Sequence record: NC_048077.1
Strand: one strand, 5' to 3'
DNA: 64,000 nucleotides
Positions 17,201 through 27,089 of this stretch are shown one piece after another. The stretch's first letter is position 1. Each line of letters begins with the position of its first letter. The position numbers and the translations under genes were made by a program. Under the pieces are notes generated by a model. That model was not told where the DNA came from and searched no databases. It saw only the letters and a program-made list of their open reading frames with translations.

Positions 17201-20080
17201 AATACGAACACGCACGCCGCCGATATCAACGTCAAGCGTACCCGTTGACAGGAAAGAAAGACCAGCAACAAAGATCGTGTTTTTCGGTGCCTGCATGATT
17301 ACGTCATAGAGACGTTCTTGCGTCCACACGCCGACTGTATCGGAAGTGATCGGCACTGCGTTCCAACCATCGGCAATTTTGTGCAGGTCATCGCACCAGT
17401 TGGCAACGAGGTTTGTCGGACACAAAATCAACGGACGAATTTGTTCCTGTCCAAGATCCTCAAGCTCTTTCATCATACAGCCGATATCAGTCAGACCGAT
17501 AATCGTTTTACCACCACCCGGCGCAATAAAGATCGTTGCGTAACGAGGACGGCGACGCAGAGTTTGGTGTGCGCCCAATTGGTGAGGCATTAACGCTGTA
17601 CCCTGTTTCAATCCGGGGAATTGAATATTTTCCGCAGTGATAGAGGTATCAGGTTTCAGTTTTTCAACTTCTTCTTCCGCAGCAGAGAAAATTTCCAATG
17701 CGTTTGGAGCGCAACGTGCGTAGATAGTTGCGAACGGCAGCGTCACATGTTGCAGACGGTTACTGTTAGGCGCGTCGGCAGATTCAGCCAGCAGCGCATA
17801 AAGTTTTTTGCGATCATATTTCAGAATCGCTTCGCACGCTTCACGGAAAATTGCGCCGCCGAGGTAGTTAACCAGACGACCCATATCCGCAAGTTTTGCT
17901 TCGGTTCCGATTTTGAAATAATGCGGATCTTCTTCCATCGCTTCGGCAGCGGCGGCAATCGAACCAGTTTCATTAATCAGAGTTGCGAGCAGGTTACTTC
18001 CTCGCAGGCCAGCAGCATCGTTAAGAGTACGAACCATGATGCGGAACAACGCACGATCAATCAGAATGTTTTCGTTAACGGAAAGATCGTTTTCGACAAT
18101 GCCGTTATACAATCCGCGATCATAGTTGGAATCTGCGAGGTTAGAACCTTCATCATATCCCAAAGAGGCAGCAGCGTTTTTAACGAGCGCAGACAGTTTC
18201 GGCATTTTACCGACGCGTGCCATGTAGCCGTATGTTGCGCAGATATCAGCAACCAATTTCAAAAGCTGTTCGGTGCCGCTATTGCTCGCGCCGTTGATCG
18301 TGATCGAAGTTGAAGACGAACCGCTAATGATTTTTCCGGAAGCGGCTTCCATAGAACCGGAATCCGAGAACAGAATGTTCGCAGCGGTGTGACCTTCTGA
18401 CGCAGACGTTGAAAGCAAACGAACGATTTCCGCAGCGCTACGGAAGTTCGGAGACTCGCCCGGTTCAGCAAAATCAAAACCGAGAATATCCGCAGTGTCG
18501 AGAGCCGTTGGCGCTTTCGCACCGATGATACGCGAACTTGCAATACCGATACTCTGACTCGCAGAGCGAACGATAGTTGCGAAATCCGGATCAACGCCCA
18601 AACAAATGCCGCGATATTTTGCCAGCGAGTTTGCACGGTCTTGCGTTGTGCGGTCGATATCCAGATCATTTTCTTTTACGGAGAAAACATCAGAACGTAA
18701 CGTGTTGTGAGATTCACTGAACGGAATACCTTTTTCATACAGGTCTTCCAATACGCTGTTAAATTCACTTTCGAATTTCGCAACGGTATCCAGATCGATA
18801 TCTTCACGCTTAGGCAGAACCGCAGGCATACCGTTCGGCATCATCGTCAGACCATTTTCATCTGACTGAGTATCAGTTACCTGATAGCCACACTCTTTGC
18901 GCACATCCTGCAAACGAGGAATCGAAGTTGCAGAAGTAACGTAACGAGGAATCTGCGAAATTTTCGTGTAGAGACGAATCGCACCAGTTGTACCTTTTTT
19001 CTTTTTGGTACGTCCTGCCGTCATGTAGTAGCTGGCCCAGCCAGAATACCAACGATAAAGGCAAAGAGTTTTCAGTGCGCTATCGCCTTGTGAAATGTAT
19101 TCCACAAATTCTTTACGCAGAGAAAGAATCAGGCCGGATTCAATTTCAACACTGAGCGCGTGTGCAACCGGGTTAACGTCTACGTCACCCTGATCAGCAC
19201 GCATGTTCTGCAACTGGCGATAAGTGATCTGGCGAGACGGCATCGCACGCAGACCAATCGACATAAAGTTAGTAGCAGCTTTCACCAACTTCATATCAAC
19301 GTCGCGGAAAATTTCAACGCCAACTTGTGCCATCAACGGATGAATTGCATCGAAGATCGCATTCAGTTGTGACCATTTGAAATTCAGCGGAATTGTGTGA
19401 AGATCAGTATCGAACATCGCACGACCGACTGGACGTTTCTTTCCGAAAATCGCTTCATACAATTGTTGAGCAGCACGCAACGCACCCTGCGCAATTTCCG
19501 CAGAATAAATTCGCGTGTTGTTGCTTTCGAATGCTTCGTCCTGTTTGCTGTCAATCAGATTGAGCGGAGGACGGCGCATGATCACAAAATTCCCGCTTTG
19601 AGCGAGTTCACTGTTACCTGACGGAATACCTGAGTTAACGATATCGCTACCGCCAGCAAAACGCTTCGACGGGCGAATTGTCAGACCGGAAGGATACTGT
19701 AAGTTTTGCGCCAGTTTTTCCATCGTTGCAGAAGAAGGACTCGCAACAATAGATTCGATTGTTGAAATACCATCAGCCAACATGCGGCGAACTTCCGCAA
19801 CAAACTGATCCGGTTCAACATCGATCATATCTTCAAAATCAGCGCCGCGTGCAACCAATACTTGAAGAACGTTGAAGGCCAATTGAGTGCGAGCGCAATA
19901 TTCCGACGCCAGCAAACCAAGTTGTGCGAAAACTTTTTTGTTTGCAGCGGAAACGTATAGCTCTTTATATTTCTCTTCGTCGGACGCCGACAATTCGTGA
20001 ATGCTTAACGTCTTATTGACGGCATCAACGAGTTGCGTAGAACCGGACGGTTGTGCAGCAGAAGTGCTAAAAATTTGCAT
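14246..20080 (-). CDS. Very large (1944 aa) SNF2-family helicase-domain protein
   Basis: IAPGGGKT, VLLDESH, IATGT, ILIANEQAISEGHNMQ and WSPGVYDQSTARIFR motifs; about 820 aa of unassigned N-terminal region. Confidence 0.85.
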   Translation of the reverse strand: MQIFSTSAAQPSGSTQLVDAVNKTLSIHELSASDEEKYKELYVSAANKKVFAQLGLLASEYCARTQLAFNVLQVLVARGADFEDMIDVEPDQFVAEVRRMLADGISTIESIVASPSSATMEKLAQNLQYPSGLTIRPSKRFAGGSDIVNSGIPSGNSELAQSGNFVIMRRPPLNLIDSKQDEAFESNNTRIYSAEIAQGALRAAQQLYEAIFGKKRPVGRAMFDTDLHTIPLNFKWSQLNAIFDAIHPLMAQVGVEIFRDVDMKLVKAATNFMSIGLRAMPSRQITYRQLQNMRADQGDVDVNPVAHALSVEIESGLILSLRKEFVEYISQGDSALKTLCLYRWYSGWASYYMTAGRTKKKKGTTGAIRLYTKISQIPRYVTSATSIPRLQDVRKECGYQVTDTQSDENGLTMMPNGMPAVLPKREDIDLDTVAKFESEFNSVLEDLYEKGIPFSESHNTLRSDVFSVKENDLDIDRTTQDRANSLAKYRGICLGVDPDFATIVRSASQSIGIASSRIIGAKAPTALDTADILGFDFAEPGESPNFRSAAEIVRLLSTSASEGHTAANILFSDSGSMEAASGKIISGSSSTSITINGASNSGTEQLLKLVADICATYGYMARVGKMPKLSALVKNAAASLGYDEGSNLADSNYDRGLYNGIVENDLSVNENILIDRALFRIMVRTLNDAAGLRGSNLLATLINETGSIAAAAEAMEEDPHYFKIGTEAKLADMGRLVNYLGGAIFREACEAILKYDRKKLYALLAESADAPNSNRLQHVTLPFATIYARCAPNALEIFSAAEEEVEKLKPDTSITAENIQFPGLKQGTALMPHQLGAHQTLRRRPRYATIFIAPGGGKTIIGLTDIGCMMKELEDLGQEQIRPLILCPTNLVANWCDDLHKIADGWNAVPITSDTVGVWTQERLYDVIMQAPKNTIFVAGLSFLSTGTLDVDIGGVRVRIRGAVEFVKRFNFSYVLLDESHKAKNMAGGSAVHLNTKAVFTVPSVRYARIATGTLVTDIVTDVVGQAALMSPTIFGSDLDTLDKGDGELAAIRRAHSRLSNHTAFIAYKRKHWAFMLPSPIDTFFPVNIDDSSVPHSDLHKQVYDAMYQQLFDMLNEAAENAKKKGGNSDDDEGGSADENDSNPDIDPEDNNEEEGDVLGSLLANNVELNVYFQRMEMMLTDPMGDDIARETFEQAGVKNFVSVKVVTIIDRIKQHFEVQAQRDPANRTHQIFEWKPGVEPRELDIAVYDGKKYLARKHSDGYGRADLPPSMVPPPQDPDYWKEEKVGKLIVFTRYTRSANAIYNALPPNYKKIAVLYHGEVSKLGQDKGANLDAFKTDPTIQILIANEQAISEGHNMQMGSRIIRCDTPWSPGVYDQSTARIFRPDVSAAVLDENGKPGDMAREVVFIDWIMTNKTLEVGKVARLMWKTLQKTQFDEKGNELYEPLDKYDLRPIRMNAELLIANNEMEDFEDYFAAKAELNSIEQKEFADMRKTTVAQMIPLTPAEPLRGFGIMEQCPIVNNQKIPDRHGYGLTRLRDWTKENEFIDGEILKRALYLMPVVTEFGNGQIVGISVRNEPGTTRLRADDPISTVRVRIHGTDELMTISAAKIHVATKVTDKQLEEFFKTNKPWATETDRKRVERMSNNKRAKDQIQDEKETQDKEATRERLPKIEREAARQNKRAENKRADKPINEGVKEAAGKVRPAPKPLKPLDNKVKPATISVREAVKESKTDMAFTLTPTVYNGFIALYADVTDPDTKMLKEQEFVEFGSYVYVDFYYYEDFEKFLDFIEKKYEFDNATAKRLEYVLDVFASTGRMSFNQKQAVKLQSELRQFFLVRHRAASDKKHVKAYPMVMEDRLRIMIDVATNPMATKFAGKKIPNTRKFGTFEKADGMWIGFLPSVAKAKAKINKIIKAGYTVSNLKKCVAALDKIKATKDKSKSA

Positions 20081-20090
20081 CTTTTATTCC

Positions 20091-20591
20091 CTACAGTTTC
20101 CCGCTATTGTTGAGAATGGTGCGCCAGATATACGGCTTATTTACAATTTTGCGATCCGTTGCCAAATCGTCAAGCACCATCGCTAAAGCCAAACGTTCTG
20201 CATCAGAGCCGCAGGCAACAAACGGATCTTTCAAATCATAGGAAAGCAGATCTGCATTCGTTTTGAGAGAAAGAGTTTCCTGATAGTGAGCGATATGATC
20301 TGCAAGAGACAGATCAGGATCACCCTCAACTTCGGAAGCAGATTTAATTGCCACCAAAATTCGTGAAGTGCTGGAGAGAATTGCCAGCAAATCTTCTTGC
20401 GTGAATGCCACTTTGCTGTCAATCACACCCATTTCCATGAGTTGAATAACAGCATCAGGAAGAACAATCGGAGGAAGATCTGCCGAAACAGATTCCTGAA
20501 TGTTCCCGGCAATCACACTATAACTTCTGTTCGAGCGAGCCAACTCGCCTAACAGATTGCGCAGTGTGGATTGAAAGTCTTTATGAGACAC
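20091..20591 (-). CDS. Hypothetical protein
   Basis: 166 aa ORF in operon, with GGAG RBS. Confidence 0.65.
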   Translation of the reverse strand: MSHKDFQSTLRNLLGELARSNRSYSVIAGNIQESVSADLPPIVLPDAVIQLMEMGVIDSKVAFTQEDLLAILSSTSRILVAIKSASEVEGDPDLSLADHIAHYQETLSLKTNADLLSYDLKDPFVACGSDAERLALAMVLDDLATDRKIVNKPYIWRTILNNSGKL

Positions 20592-20603
20592 AGTGAAATT
20601 CTC

Positions 20604-21371
20604 CTAAATGAAGACTTGTTTAATGCTCCGATTTATCAGGCGTTCCATTTCAGACTTTTTGTGTTTGCCTAAAAAGAAAATCTGACGCTCCAAGCGAATT
20701 CTTACGGTGAATGAATTTCCTTTCGTGCGGCAACAATGAATGCCTAACGATTGGTTCCATTCAGCCATGTATTTGCGTTTGCCAATAACTGAAACTAAAC
20801 TCGGATAAGTATCAGGAACATTTTGCAAAGCCGATTTAGCTAATAACTTTGTTAAATTATCAGTTTTGAATACAGACGGAGGCATTTTTCCGGAAAACCA
20901 CAACTGTTTGTTGAGATTTAGCACTTCACCCACTTTCTGTTTTGCAGAAATAGGGATGAACGTCATGTAAACTTCGGCCTGAACAATAATGCAATTGGCT
21001 ACTTGATTGTAGTTGGATTGAATACGAGTTCGCACATCAGCAACGCGCATGTATTTTCTGAGAAGCATTCGATTGAAAAATTCGTTTACTTCTCTATAGC
21101 GCGTGCGAAGGAATTTTAAATAGCGATCTCGCGATGTAACTGCAACACCGGGAATACTTCTGATTTGAGGTTTCGCAATAGTCTTGTTAAGGCCACTAAC
21201 GAAACCTTGCACCGCGAGAAGCATTCCATCCTTCCCGCTATTGAAAAGATCTTCCGCAGTTTGCGTATCAACATAAGCCGCCCACGCTTCGAAATATTCC
21301 GGCGCAATTGCATCCGGAAAAGAATTTACGTGAAGCGTATCGCCTGCGCCATAATCACTAGGCTTAATCAT
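20604..21371 (-). CDS. Hypothetical protein
   Basis: 255 aa ORF coupled to the upstream gene (TAATG). Confidence 0.7.
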   Translation of the reverse strand: MIKPSDYGAGDTLHVNSFPDAIAPEYFEAWAAYVDTQTAEDLFNSGKDGMLLAVQGFVSGLNKTIAKPQIRSIPGVAVTSRDRYLKFLRTRYREVNEFFNRMLLRKYMRVADVRTRIQSNYNQVANCIIVQAEVYMTFIPISAKQKVGEVLNLNKQLWFSGKMPPSVFKTDNLTKLLAKSALQNVPDTYPSLVSVIGKRKYMAEWNQSLGIHCCRTKGNSFTVRIRLERQIFFLGKHKKSEMERLINRSIKQVFI

Positions 21372-21730
21372 TAACGTCTCCCATGAAGCAAACGAGAACC
21401 GCGACGGTTAGCGCTTCCGATTGAATTGTTGTCGCAACGTTCGCAAAGCAATTTTAAATTACGCGGGTTAATGCTACCGCCTTTTGCATGAGCAATCGTG
21501 TGAGCAAGAATTAAAGTTGAAGTTGCTTTGCCGCAGTTCTGACAGTACGCCCCGCGTTCTTCAATCAAACGCAGTTTCAACGAATACCAATCAGAACGTT
21601 CCGGACGTGCATTTGTTCCGGCACGCAGACGATCCAGATTTGAAACGCCTGCAATTCGTTGCGCTGTAGAGCGCTTTCCGAAGCCGCCATTTTGACGAGC
21701 AGCAATACCGCCGCGAGGTTTATAGGTCAT
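21371..21730 (-). CDS. Small HNH-family (McrA-like) endonuclease
   Basis: YCQNCG...LAHTIAHAKGGSINPRNLKLLCERCDN fits the zinc-binding HNH fold; the final His is replaced by Asp. Confidence 0.75.
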   Translation of the reverse strand: MTYKPRGGIAARQNGGFGKRSTAQRIAGVSNLDRLRAGTNARPERSDWYSLKLRLIEERGAYCQNCGKATSTLILAHTIAHAKGGSINPRNLKLLCERCDNNSIGSANRRGSRLLHGRR

Positions 21731-21736
21731 AAGAGA

Positions 21737-22495
21737 TTACCCGAATACTTCTACAGTTTTATTCAGTGCCGCCTCGTAAGAGATTTGGAAATCTTTAGCA
21801 GCACGCCGCAAAATTCCATCTATAGCTTCTTTACTGTTTTCGATCAGGGAAAGATCATCACAGTTAGATTTAATCCACGCATTAATTTCCTGCGCCATTT
21901 TAACCATAGAGTTACCGCCCAACTGAGCAAAAGGAGTAACCACTTCACTACTAATTACTTCGCCCAATTGACCAACATCGCGCAGCGCACGGAGATCTGC
22001 AATCAGTTCCCGCATTTGATTGTACACCTGCATAAGCGGATACAAATCACGGCCTTGACCGCTTTCAAGATAACGATTCTCTGCTTTGCGAACAATCAGC
22101 TTCAACTGATCGAACATTCGAATGTATTCGTCAATCTGTTCATTTTCCTGACGCACAATATCAGGAATAGCTTCAATAAGAACCTGCGCTTGATCTTCCA
22201 TTTCCGCAGTGTTAAGCAAAGCAGGAAGTTTTTTCTTTTTCTTTTCCTTCTTCGCTTTCTTCTCGTTAGCTTTTTTACCCGCAGCAGCCGCTTCGGAATA
22301 AAGCACTTCCGGATCGAGTGCGACTTTTAAATCTTCGAGACGCTCGCTCTTACCCGTTTTCTTTTTCTTCTTTGTCTTTACTGCCGAAACAACCTTAGCT
22401 TTTTTCGCAGTAGATTTCGCTTTGATTTTTATTCCAGATTTTTTCTTCTTAGCGGTATGCTCCGCACCGAAATCATCCAAAGAAATTGCAGGCAT
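21737..22495 (-). CDS. Hypothetical protein with lysine-rich N-terminus and helical C-terminus
   Basis: 252 aa; poly-K tracts followed by a helical region. Confidence 0.7.
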   Translation of the reverse strand: MPAISLDDFGAEHTAKKKKSGIKIKAKSTAKKAKVVSAVKTKKKKKTGKSERLEDLKVALDPEVLYSEAAAAGKKANEKKAKKEKKKKKLPALLNTAEMEDQAQVLIEAIPDIVRQENEQIDEYIRMFDQLKLIVRKAENRYLESGQGRDLYPLMQVYNQMRELIADLRALRDVGQLGEVISSEVVTPFAQLGGNSMVKMAQEINAWIKSNCDDLSLIENSKEAIDGILRRAAKDFQISYEAALNKTVEVFG

Positions 22496-22515
22496 ATAAA
22501 TTTACCCCTAAATGC

Positions 22516-22541
22516 AAAAAGGGGAACCAGTTTGGCTCCCC
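22516..22541 (-). terminator. Intrinsic terminator
   Basis: GGGGAGCC-AAACT-GGTTCCCC followed by TTTTT. Confidence 0.7.
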
Positions 22542-22555
22542 TATTTCGAACAGGC

Positions 22556-23359
22556 TTAGAAGCCGTGATTGCGGATAATGGTTTCCAGACGCTGCATGTA
22601 TTCCGGCGAGTAGCTGAACACCTGACGATAATAGTTCACCAGTTTTTCAACGGTGGCATTACCAGCAGCAGAAACAGAATCCATTTCCGGGAAGTGACGA
22701 TCTTCGATGTTGTCGCCATCAAACACGGCAACCATCGACATAGAAGAAATAACTTCTGCGTTACCTTCTTTGTCAACAACCTGATAACCGATCTCGTCGT
22801 TGTCCTGAATCTGAGCAACAACGAAACCAACGCGCAGAGCACCGGATTCAGAAACGTAACTGATCATATCGCCGCCCTGAGTGCCTGCGATATCCAGATT
22901 GAATTTGTCCAGTGCTTTTGCAACGTCCGGATTAACGCTACGAAGACCAGCAGCATTCACGTTAGAAACTGAACGGATCATATCCATCAGTTCTTCGGTG
23001 TCGTTCATATCGCTAGTGCGAACCAGAATATCCTGACCGCTTTCGCTATGACGAACCGCCCACATGCGTTTGGATTTATCCATGTACATGTTAGCAGACA
23101 GCGCCTGCATTTCGCGAGCGTCTTCCATCGGAAGAATATCTTTCGCACGCTGCATGATAGTGCGCACGTAACTCTGAGTACGACCGCCGTGAATTACGAC
23201 AGAAGATCCGGCAACCGGAATAAATTCGCGCTGCGCAGATTCAGAAAGAACGGCACCGTAATTATCAGCAATGTTTTCGCCATCTGCGTGAACAACATGA
23301 GCGAGAACAACACACTGATTCTGATTGATCGAATCAATCTGTTTAATAGAAGTTTGCAT
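22556..23359 (-). CDS. Hypothetical, probable virion structural protein
   Basis: ATG 23359 (MQTSIKQID) after a GGAGAG RBS; the longer upstream extension overlaps the previous gene. Confidence 0.65.
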   Translation of the reverse strand: MQTSIKQIDSINQNQCVVLAHVVHADGENIADNYGAVLSESAQREFIPVAGSSVVIHGGRTQSYVRTIMQRAKDILPMEDAREMQALSANMYMDKSKRMWAVRHSESGQDILVRTSDMNDTEELMDMIRSVSNVNAAGLRSVNPDVAKALDKFNLDIAGTQGGDMISYVSESGALRVGFVVAQIQDNDEIGYQVVDKEGNAEVISSMSMVAVFDGDNIEDRHFPEMDSVSAAGNATVEKLVNYYRQVFSYSPEYMQRLETIIRNHGF

Positions 23360-23411
23360 CTTTAAAACTCTCCCAATTGGATTCGTATTCAAAATTAGTA
23401 TTTGCGTTCGC

Positions 23412-24572
23412 TTAGTTAATACGATAGCGAGTGTTGACCCAAATACTACGGTTCCCAACAGTCGCCCATTTCGTTGTCGGACTGTTTGTAACACCGAGTT
23501 TACCGAGACTGCGAGCACCATCAATAGCGCTACCGCCTTGAGATCCGTCGCCGTCATTAATACCTGCTTTCGAAAGCAAACGTTTTAAGTTTGTGATTGG
23601 CCCTTGAATCTGAGTTTCGATTCTTCCTAATGCAGCTTCAATACTAGGAGTTCGATCCATATTCAAGTTAACAACCTGACCAGTAAAATCGAAAGCCATC
23701 TGTCCTTCTGCCTGCAACTGAGCGGATAGCGCATAATAACAAGCGCACGTAACCCAACCATCTAAAATCGTGCCTTGCATATTGGTTCCCCAAAAACCTG
23801 TAACGCGAGGGCCAATCTGATTAAACAAAGCAAGACCACGAAAAAGATAAGTTAGAATATCTGCCGTTGTGTATTCCAATTCAGGAATAACATTCTTTGC
23901 GCGTGCCTTATCAATATGATCTTCGACGAGGCTTGCAGCAATAAGAATTTGCGGAGTGACAGCCCACAACTTAAACGTATACAAACGCTCGCGCTTGCGT
24001 TTATCGTTGTAGTGTTTCGCAATGAACGACATAGGTTCCAGACGATAACTTGCAGCCCACAAAGGAATTCGAAACGCACAAGTTTTAGCACGGTTCGCCG
24101 TCATTTGAATTCCAGCAGTTTTGTGATTAACGTTATCAATAAGAATTTCGTTGTTCACAGAAATCTGAAACTTCAACGTGTCTTTTTGCACGTTCAAATG
24201 GAAAGGCAACGTAACGTCAAACATTGTGTCTTCGCCGAGCAAACAAATAATATCTGTAGCACGGTTTTCCTGAGCAGGTTCAACGATGAGTTCTGATTTA
24301 GAACGAACCGGGCCTTCTTCGGAATCATAACGCCAGTTGATGACAAGTTTTTTATCATCAACCAATCCGAGATCCGGAATCGCTAAATCCGCAGTCCATC
24401 CACCGGGCGTTTCGGAAGTGGTAGCAACTACTTCCGCAAGAACGTATCCATCAGACGGATCAACGAGAGTTACAATTGGCCCCATGCCATCAGCAAGGGG
24501 ATAAAGTGGTTCGTTGAAATCATCGAGAAAGACTTCATCGACAGAGACAACGTTACCTTCAACAACGCGCAT
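23412..24572 (-). CDS. Probable virion structural protein (possible head-tail adaptor/neck)
   Basis: Beta-rich N-terminus plus helical C-terminal domain (YTTADILTYLFRGLALFN...YYALSAQ) reminiscent of adaptor proteins; the functional call is inference. Confidence 0.45.
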   Translation of the reverse strand: MRVVEGNVVSVDEVFLDDFNEPLYPLADGMGPIVTLVDPSDGYVLAEVVATTSETPGGWTADLAIPDLGLVDDKKLVINWRYDSEEGPVRSKSELIVEPAQENRATDIICLLGEDTMFDVTLPFHLNVQKDTLKFQISVNNEILIDNVNHKTAGIQMTANRAKTCAFRIPLWAASYRLEPMSFIAKHYNDKRKRERLYTFKLWAVTPQILIAASLVEDHIDKARAKNVIPELEYTTADILTYLFRGLALFNQIGPRVTGFWGTNMQGTILDGWVTCACYYALSAQLQAEGQMAFDFTGQVVNLNMDRTPSIEAALGRIETQIQGPITNLKRLLSKAGINDGDGSQGGSAIDGARSLGKLGVTNSPTTKWATVGNRSIWVNTRYRIN

Positions 24573-24574
24573 TG

Positions 24575-25672
24575 TTATACCTCTGTCAGATTAATATAAG
24601 CAATCAAGTTTTTTAATTGCTCATTATACGAACCGGTAACGAACGCTTTCGCCATCGCGTTATGATTCGAAGAAAGATATTGCACGATCTTCGATTGATA
24701 CTCCGGAAGGTTTTGGAAGTTCTGCATCAGTTTGTAGAAGAATGCGCGAGTAAAGTTTACACGGCCTACCTGATTCGCTTCCATTTCCGAAGCATCTTGC
24801 GCTTCACCTACAAGCGCATAAAGCGCGGCGTAAAGTTCTGCGCTGTCTTCCGGATATCCAGTTGCGAGAGTTGCGCTCATTTTCATGAAGCCTCGCGAGA
24901 GGAAATCAACAACTTTCGTTTCCACATATTCAGTTGCAGTCTTACCGAGATCCGGCAAGTACAAACTATTGCTCAAATACATGAGATAGTAGAGCGGAAA
25001 GTTTTTATCCAGAAGATCAGGCGAAAGGCAAACAGAGTGGCGTTTCCAAATTTCCAAACTGTATTGCCATTCGTTGTAAGGAATATTTCGCACGACATGT
25101 TGAGCAGTTTGATCGCGGAGCATATCTGCCATCGTACTGATATCATGCGAGACGTAAGCAGGAGTGAAAGCAGGAGACGTAACTGTTTGCACATAGTTGC
25201 GCGTTACCATTCCGATTGTGTTGTACAACACATTCAGAAATTCAATCCCGTTTCCATTCAAAGCAAACGCGTAGGAACGAGGAACGCAAATAGTTAAATA
25301 TTCATTCGCATTTTTCTCGCCCCACAATCTCCAGTACCGAGCCATTCCGATTGACTGTACTGGCGCAGGCAACGTTCTGTTCTGCCGTGCTTTCAAGCAG
25401 AACGTAAACACCAGACCGCTATCAATCATTATGAGAGAAGGATCTGGAATGCCTGAATATCCCATAGACATTTCATTGTCGGGTGAATAGACGTTCACTA
25501 AACAGAAGTTTTGTTGCAAACGAAAAGGCGCTTTCGCCTCAATCATTTCTTCGATAACTTTTTTCAGAATCGGAGCAACAATATAAGGCGACGCGTTTTT
25601 CATTTGGTTCGGTCTGTACTGACCAACATAAGCACCTTCTTTGAACGTCCGATCTACTTTTTGGTAGAGCAT
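24575..25672 (-). CDS. Hypothetical protein
   Basis: 365 aa ORF coupled to neighbours. Confidence 0.75.
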   Translation of the reverse strand: MLYQKVDRTFKEGAYVGQYRPNQMKNASPYIVAPILKKVIEEMIEAKAPFRLQQNFCLVNVYSPDNEMSMGYSGIPDPSLIMIDSGLVFTFCLKARQNRTLPAPVQSIGMARYWRLWGEKNANEYLTICVPRSYAFALNGNGIEFLNVLYNTIGMVTRNYVQTVTSPAFTPAYVSHDISTMADMLRDQTAQHVVRNIPYNEWQYSLEIWKRHSVCLSPDLLDKNFPLYYLMYLSNSLYLPDLGKTATEYVETKVVDFLSRGFMKMSATLATGYPEDSAELYAALYALVGEAQDASEMEANQVGRVNFTRAFFYKLMQNFQNLPEYQSKIVQYLSSNHNAMAKAFVTGSYNEQLKNLIAYINLTEV

Positions 25673-26949
25673 TATTTCACGGACTGACGCAGGAGACGTT
25701 TCTGATCGTTAGTAAGACCTAACGATTCCGCAAGTTGATCAATTTTCGCAAGAGTCAGCGCACCTTTTGCAGCGCCACCGCTCGCAGTCAAAGCGATTTC
25801 CATAAATTCACGACCGCCACGACCTTTAACGAAACGATGAATCAAACTGTTTTTGCTGGACATGCCAGTACGCAGAACCGTACTTGCTTGCGCCAAAATT
25901 TCTTCCGCAGCAATCTGACGTTCAGCTTTCGATAAGCCCGGAACCAGACGCACATAAAGTTTGTCGTTTTGCACACGGATGTTATCGAAGATTTCCATCG
26001 GCTTACCTTTCACCATTACGGTGCCGCCGCCCAACATCGTTGTGTTGCGCAGAGTTGAAGTGCCTTTAGTAATCGGTTTACGTTCGCTGAAATTCAGGAA
26101 GCCATCAATCGACAGAAGTGTGTTGATTGCTTTCTTCATTTGCGATGCGGTGTCAACAGAACGACCTAACGGGAAACTGCCCGGAACTTTATCATCAACC
26201 AGAGTGGTGATGTAATTGGCAGAAATACCAGAAGCAACTGCAACGCTAGTTGAAAGCACAACCGCGTAATTCTGATAATGAATGCCGTCACTGTTAACGA
26301 AGTTATCTACAAACACATAGGTCTGGAAGATAATAGGATCGGTCGCAGACGCAATGAAAGTACGAATGCGAATATTGCTGTATTGCTCTTTGCTCAAAAT
26401 TGTTTTGAGGTAGTTAGCAATACTGCCAGCGAGTTTGGTGTGTTCTGGCGGCGCATCTTTCTTAACGTCAATGCTCATCACACGAACGAGATTGGTGCGC
26501 AGATCAGTAGCCTCTTTAACGACCGACAGTAAACTTTTCGCTGCGTTGGTTTGATCTTTAAACGCCGAGAATGCTTTACTGTTCAGAATAGTGTAAGCGA
26601 TATTCAGTTCGGCAATCGCCTGAGAAAGCTGATTAACCTGACGATTATATTTCGCTTTATCTTTAACGTTGTTGAGATCGATTTTCGAAATATCAATAAC
26701 GTTGTTCAGGTCGAGAGTTTTGGTCTGAGACTTTTTAACTGTACCTGTTTTGATATCCGACAGTTCGATTGCTTTGGCAGAAAGCGAAAGCAAATTGCGA
26801 GGAACTTTAACGGACGAAACAGAATCAACAACATCTTCCAGAATCTTTTTAAACTCCGTCGCAGTACGCGCATTACGGAGTGCGTTCATATTCTTGGAGT
26901 TATAATCTACAGAAGCACTGAGTTGCGCCTCATTGGTAGAAGTTTTCAT
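25672..26949 (-). CDS. Hypothetical, probable virion protein
   Basis: 425 aa ORF with GAGG RBS; first gene of the operon downstream of a terminator. Confidence 0.7.
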   Translation of the reverse strand: MKTSTNEAQLSASVDYNSKNMNALRNARTATEFKKILEDVVDSVSSVKVPRNLLSLSAKAIELSDIKTGTVKKSQTKTLDLNNVIDISKIDLNNVKDKAKYNRQVNQLSQAIAELNIAYTILNSKAFSAFKDQTNAAKSLLSVVKEATDLRTNLVRVMSIDVKKDAPPEHTKLAGSIANYLKTILSKEQYSNIRIRTFIASATDPIIFQTYVFVDNFVNSDGIHYQNYAVVLSTSVAVASGISANYITTLVDDKVPGSFPLGRSVDTASQMKKAINTLLSIDGFLNFSERKPITKGTSTLRNTTMLGGGTVMVKGKPMEIFDNIRVQNDKLYVRLVPGLSKAERQIAAEEILAQASTVLRTGMSSKNSLIHRFVKGRGGREFMEIALTASGGAAKGALTLAKIDQLAESLGLTNDQKRLLRQSVK

Positions 26950-27040
26950 ATTTTTCCTCTACGAATGGAATACGGTATGTACCCAATCAAATTACTGTCT
27001 AAATAGACTTTACAGAAAATAAAAAATTCGCAGCAGAAAT

Positions 27041-27068
27041 GAAAAAGGGCAGGCCGAAGCCTACCCTT
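27041..27068 (-). terminator. Intrinsic terminator after the histone-like gene
   Basis: GGGTAGGC-TTCG-GCCTGCCC followed by TTTTT. Confidence 0.75.
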
Positions 27069-27089
27069 TAGGAGAAGTCACGTTGAAGA

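Noticed and set aside
20091-20100. CTGTA motif upstream of the SNF2 gene
   Set aside because: Reads CTGTAG, is formed by the upstream stop codon and lies only about 10 nt from the ATG.
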